Program-made: the position numbers and the translations under genes | The notes under the pieces: generated by a model | Databases searched by the model: none | Told to the model about the DNA's origin: nothing | The model's input: only the letters and a program-made list of their open reading frames with translations | Shown: piece by piece, positions 53,001 to 57,469 of the stretch | Layout: every line of letters starts with the position of its first letter | Position numbering within the stretch: the stretch's first letter is position 1 | Assembly (NCBI GenBank): GCA_051453625.1 | Contig: JBOZIK010000001.1 | Location: 44,178,731 to 44,236,199 of the forward strand | Reading direction: 5' to 3' | Length of the DNA stretch: 57,469 nt | Source of the DNA: Welwitschia mirabilis | Taxonomy: Eukaryota

Positions 53001-53304
53001 GGTACTTTTTGTGAAATTTCAAGTATATCCCAAGATTTATTAGGATGCCCATAGTTTATAATTCTCTTGAATTTATCTACACAAATTGCACAAAAAAAGC
53101 ATTAAAAGCATAGGCATCTAAGGTGGTTCTATTACTATCAGTTTTGGATAGGGTGGATACTACATCTCCATTGTAGATAACCTCCTCTATATCTACATCT
53201 AAGGATCTAAGAAATATTCTTATTCAAGCCTTCTAGTAAGCATAGTTACTCCCATTGAACATGATTGGTCTTCTTATAGAGAAACCATCAGAAGAATTAC
53301 TCAG
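53001..53304 (-). pseudogene. B gag 5' part
   Basis: SNSSDGFSIRRPIMFNGSNYAY*KA*IRIFLRSLD, the copia gag N-terminus, homologous to the A and C gag starts. Confidence 0.9.
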
Positions 53305-53355
53305 AGTTAGGATTTAAGAGTCAAGATTTGTTAGGATCTACCAATGAATCAACCT

Positions 53356-53370
53356 TATTCTAATACCAAT
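53356..53370 (-). other. B primer-binding site (tRNA-iMet type, degenerate)
   Basis: rc ATTGGTATTAGAATA immediately after the LTR end, a decayed TGGTATCAGAGC. Confidence 0.78.
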
Positions 53371-54561
53371 TATTGGATCTATAACCTTAGAAGGAGGAGG
53401 GATGAATAGGATTTAAAAATAAATTAAAAAACTATCTTTGCAAAATATTGAATACTAAAAAATATTTGTGCATATGAAATAATAAAATTATATAAAATAA
53501 AAATTATTGAAACTAGAAAATACCAATGAAGATTGATAGATACATAGTTTATAGTGGTTTAAGAAATCTCCTACTTCACTCTTGGTAATCAGCTTCTACC
53601 CGAGGCTGATCCAGATTCTTGTTGCTTTCTTTCTAGATTTTTCATGTTCACCTGTAATCTTTTATAATTGTACTTTTAAAGGATCACTTTTATCCTTTAG
53701 AGAAAATGCATTTTGATGTTAATAATGTGCTATAATTCACAATATTTACTAGATCTTAAGTCCAATAAAGAAAATACTATGCTGTCTAAATATGATTTCA
53801 TAAATCCAATTTCATATAGTACAAATTTATTGACCAAAATACCAATAATCAAAATATGCTTTTTTGAATTTTGGTTAGGTGAGAAGAATCATCATGATTT
53901 TGATGGCTAAGGTTTAAATAAGAGATAGATTTTAGAGTTTTAAAAGTAAATCTAATATTCCAATGGATAAAACAAGGAAGGTAATAGATAGAAAATAAAC
54001 TATAAAATTCTATATCTTCCATGACTAGTCAACCCCTTAAAATGTCTGATCAATCTCACTAAGTACTATTATTGAAGTCAGTCGACCCCATTTTCTTTCA
54101 ACTAACCTAAGTTCTTCATGTTTCTAAGTTTAGTTGACTTCATCAAGGATCTAGTCAATTGCATATGTTGAGATCTAGTCGACTACATTTTAATATGGTT
54201 GACCTCATATGAAAAATAGTTGAAACATTTTTAGATTAGATTCAGTCGATTCATTAAATATTCGGTTAATCACTTGATGAAGAGATTTTAAAAATTTTTG
54301 TATAGGTCTAATCAAATCCTTATGAATCTAGTTAACTCCATAATAAACTAATTTTAACATTTTTTTTTATTGGTCCAATTGATTCCTTATGAATTTGGTC
54401 GATCCTTTTGAGGGTCTGTAACTTGTCCAGTTCAAGTAAAGCTAGTTAATAATGTTTTTTACTAACCTATAAGAATTAATATTTTCTATAAGAATGCAAT
54501 ATATTTTATTATTCTAAAAAATGTTATTTTAACATCTACTCGGTAAAATTATAACTTAGTA
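53371..54561 (-). repeat. B 5' LTR
   Basis: Collinear with 35144-36327; followed by TSD CATCT. Confidence 0.92.
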
Positions 54562-54666
54562 CATCTTTTTATAATTTTAAAAGAGGTAATGATATTATTC
54601 TATCTTCTAGAACTTTTGTTAAATATTTTATATCTTTTTTAATTTTTGGATGTTCTATTTGTTAAC

Positions 54667-55054
54667 TATTGCACTACCAACTTACATATATTTCATAGGG
54701 TATTTTGAGTAGTTTTGCATGATATTAGATAGATTTACATTATATTTCCATGGTAACAGAGAGCTGAGATGAAAGATATAAAAACATGCAATCTCCATGA
54801 TATCTTATAGCATTTAGAGTAGTTCATAATACTTCTTAGTTTTGAGATAAACTTCCTATTAACATTGAGGATGATGCATTAGATAAATACTTGTAGAATT
54901 CTGTTGTCCACCTCATTATCTAGACAACTATATAGATGATAAAATAGTTTAAACCAATAAGGATGCTGATTATGATCAATTTGGTAGATGACATGAGTTG
55001 TTTATGAGGTGGCATCATTCCCTGGATCATCCGCATGACTAGTAGGAAACATCT
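54667..55054 (+). mobile_element. E: 5' part of a G1-family LTR inserted in H gag
   Basis: TATTGCACTACCAACTTA...TTTATGAGGTGGCATCAT is collinear with 13336-13689. Confidence 0.85.
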
Positions 55055-57469
55055 TATTGTGACACCAACTTAGATGTATTTGATAGGGTATTTTGAGTTA
55101 TTTTGTAGATAAACTAATAGATAAATGCCTAGTNNNNNNNNNNNNNNNNNNNNNNNNNNNNNNNNNNNNNNNNNNNNNNNNNNNNNNNNNNNNNNNNNNN
55201 NNNNNNNNNNNNNNNNNNNNNNNNNNNNNNNNNNNNNNNNNNNNNNNNNNNNNNNNNNNNNNNNNNNNNNNNNNNNNNNNNNNNNNNNNNNNNNNNNNNN
55301 NNNNNNNNNNNNNNNNNNNNNNNNNNNNNNNNNNNNNNNNNNNNNNNNNNNNNNNNNNNNNNNNNNNNNNNNNNNNNNNNNNNNNNNNNNNNNNNNNNNN
55401 NNNNNNNNNNNNNNNNNNNNNNNNNNNNNNNNNNNNNNNNNNNNNNNNNNNNNNNNNNNNNNNNNNNNNNNNNNNNNNNNNNNNNNNNNNNNNNNNNNNN
55501 NNNNNNNNNNNNNNNNNNNNNNNNNNNNNNNNNNNNNNNNNNNNNNNNNNNNNNNNNNNNNNNNNNNNNNNNNNNNNNNNNNNNNNNNNNNNNNNNNNNN
55601 NNNNNNNNNNNNNNAAATATTTTTGCAAACAACAAGATATCAGAATGATAAAGGATGAAGCAAATACTATCATCCCCTATGTCATCCACACAACAGGCAG
55701 GACGATAACCCTAATCGAGCATATGACAGACTTCTTTCAAGTTGACTTGTAGTTAAACTGAAGATCTTACTATCAGATATCATCGTCCATCTTATCGTTC
55801 AGATGACACCAATGGATGACATCTCTAGAACCAGTTGACAGAACTTCACATTAGGATTAAAGATAGTTNNNNNNNNNNNNNNNNNNNNNNNNNNNNNNNN
55901 NNNNNNNNNNNNNNNNNNNNNNNNNNNNNNNNNNNNNNNNNNNNNNNNNNNNNNNNNNNNNNNNNNNNNNNNNNNNNNNNNNNNNNNNNNNNNNNNNNNN
56001 NNNNNNNNNNNNNNNNNNNNNNNNNNNNNNNNNNNNNNNNNNNNNNNNNNNNNNNNNNNNNNNNNNNNNNNNNNNNNNNNNNNNNNNNNNNNNNNNNNNN
56101 NNNNNNNNNNNNNNNNNNNNNNNNNNNNNNNNNNNNNNNNNNNNNNNNNNNNNNNNNNNNNNNNNNNNNNNNNNNNNNNNNNNNNNNNNNNNNNNNNNNN
56201 NNNNNNNNNNNNNNNNNNNNNNNNNNNNNNNNNNNNNNNNNNNNNNNNNNNNNNNNNNNNNNNNNNNNNNNNNNNNNNNNNNNNNNNNNNNNNNNNNNNN
56301 NNNNNNNNNNNNNNNNNNNNNNNNNNNNNNNNNNNNNNNNNNNNNNNNNNNNNNNNNNNNNNNNNNNNNNNNNNNNNNNNNNNNNNNNNNNNNNNNNNNN
56401 NNNNNNNNNNNNNNNNNNNNNNNNNNNNNNNNNNNNNNNNNNNNNNNNNNNNNNNNNNNNNNNNNNNNNNNNNNNNNNNNNNNNNNNNNNNNNNNNNNNN
56501 NNNNNNNNNNNNNNNNNNNNNNNNNNNNNNNNNNNNNNNNNNNNNNNNNNNNNNNNNNNNNNNNNNNNNNNNNNNNNNNNNNNNNNNNNNNNNNNNNNNN
56601 NNNNNNNNNNNNNNNNNNNNNNNNNNNNNNNNNNNNNNNNNNNATTTTTATTTTAGTTTTTAATTTTTACTAACCACTTATGTTCCCTTCATCATCCAGA
56701 TGTTATAGTCAGATGACAGTTCCCTTTTCTGCTTTCTCTCGTTTTGTGGTTTTTCTGTGTTTTTGCTTCTGTCGTCTCAGGTATCATCTAGACGAAAGAG
56801 AGGACGACAGACAGGATAGAACTGAAACTGAATGGTTAAGATCAGAAAAGATGAAAAATACTAGAGAGAGCAACAATTCATTGCAGAAAATATCCGAAAA
56901 GGTTTGCTAAAATTTGAATTTGAAAATAAAAATAGTTCAGGTACGTAAACTTTAGAATTTCCTGAAATTTCTCATTGCAATTTTACAAGAAAATCTGATT
57001 TTAATTTTGAAGAATTGAATACCATGTCAACCTCTTGGTAAAAACAACCTATCTCACTAAATCCACCACTTGTTGTTGGAACTATTACTCGTACTCCTCT
57101 TCAACCCAATACTCATGCTACTCTGAGAGATCTCATAGTGAATAAAAGACTTAAAATTGAAAACCCCTTTGACTTACCTTCTGGCGATGATGTAGAACTA
57201 AAAAATCTGAACGCTTATCCTACCTTTAGAGAAGAATCTAATGAAGACCCCCTATAACACATCACAGAAATTGAACAACTCATTCTTACATCCAGCAATG
57301 GTAAGAAACATATAACCAATAGAGCTTACATGATCATCTTTCCCATGACATTATGAGATAAAGCTAAACTTTGGCTTATGATAATTCCTTATAAAAGTCT
57401 AAAATCTTGGAACTAAGTTTAAGAGGCCTTTGTCAAAATATTTATGAATGAAACCACTATTTGAAAATG
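55055..57469 (+). mobile_element. F: related Athila-like element (LTR start, 5' UTR, gag start) apparently nested in E; runs off the window
   Basis: A second LTR-start-like sequence TATTGTGACACCAACTTAG...GGGTATTTTGAGTTATTTTG at 55055; 56650-57469 is homologous to ~3990-4800. Gaps prevent certain assignment of the gag to F rather than E. Confidence 0.65.
57024..57469 (+). pseudogene. Athila-like gag 5' part (same family as G1)
   Basis: ATGTCAACCTC matches 4352; NPFDLPSGDDVELKNLNAYPTFREESNEDPL*HITEIEQL...IFPMTL*DKAKLWL aligns with G1 gag. Confidence 0.85.

Larger units (their letters stand above)
35144..54561 (-). mobile_element. B: full-length Sirevirus, interrupted in gag by C
   Basis: Paired LTRs 35144-36327 and 53371-54561, TSD CATCT (35139-35143 and 54562-54566), PBS ~53356-53370, copia domains and an extra ORF. 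Confidence 0.92.
20105..54666 (-). mobile_element. H: Athila-like Ty3/gypsy host element without env-like ORF, interrupted by A, B(+C) and E; 5' end lies outside the window
   Basis: 3' LTR, PPT, INT, RH, RT and PR at 20105-24878. Gag fragments at 35070-35143 and 54562-54666 rejoin in frame. Confidence 0.85.

Noticed and set aside
1..57469. Host species assignment, or a novel multi-gene system
   Set aside because: No host gene is available to anchor taxonomy, and known LTR-retrotransposon architecture explains almost all of the sequence.

Overview
AT-rich, gappy draft sequence from what is almost certainly a plant nuclear genome. I find no intact host gene, RNA gene or CRISPR array; nearly the whole window is a stack of decayed, nested LTR retrotransposons. 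G1 is an Athila-like Ty3/gypsy on + (~3794-15955) with gag-pol, an env-like ORF and a 3' LTR; that LTR carries a Sirevirus solo LTR S1 (13744-15169, TSD CATCT), and G1 itself interrupts the protease of a Tat-clade gypsy T1 on - (15956-~18900). H is an env-less Athila-like gypsy on - (3' LTR 20105-21402). Its gag was hit three times within ~175 bp: by Sirevirus A (+, 24879-35069, TSD CCTTC), by Sirevirus B (-, 35144-54561, TSD CATCT, itself containing Sirevirus C, -, ~42977-53000), and by a G1-family LTR E (from 54667), which is in turn interrupted at 55055 by a related element F running off the window. All coding regions are pseudogenised, mostly by C>T/G>A changes. Two stretches remain unexplained: a decayed ORF at ~1289-3600 and an Arg-rich relic at ~19130-20000. 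I see no convincing new biological system; the best leads are the insertion-site clustering and a shared accessory ORF. Identities are by-eye estimates; no searches were run.
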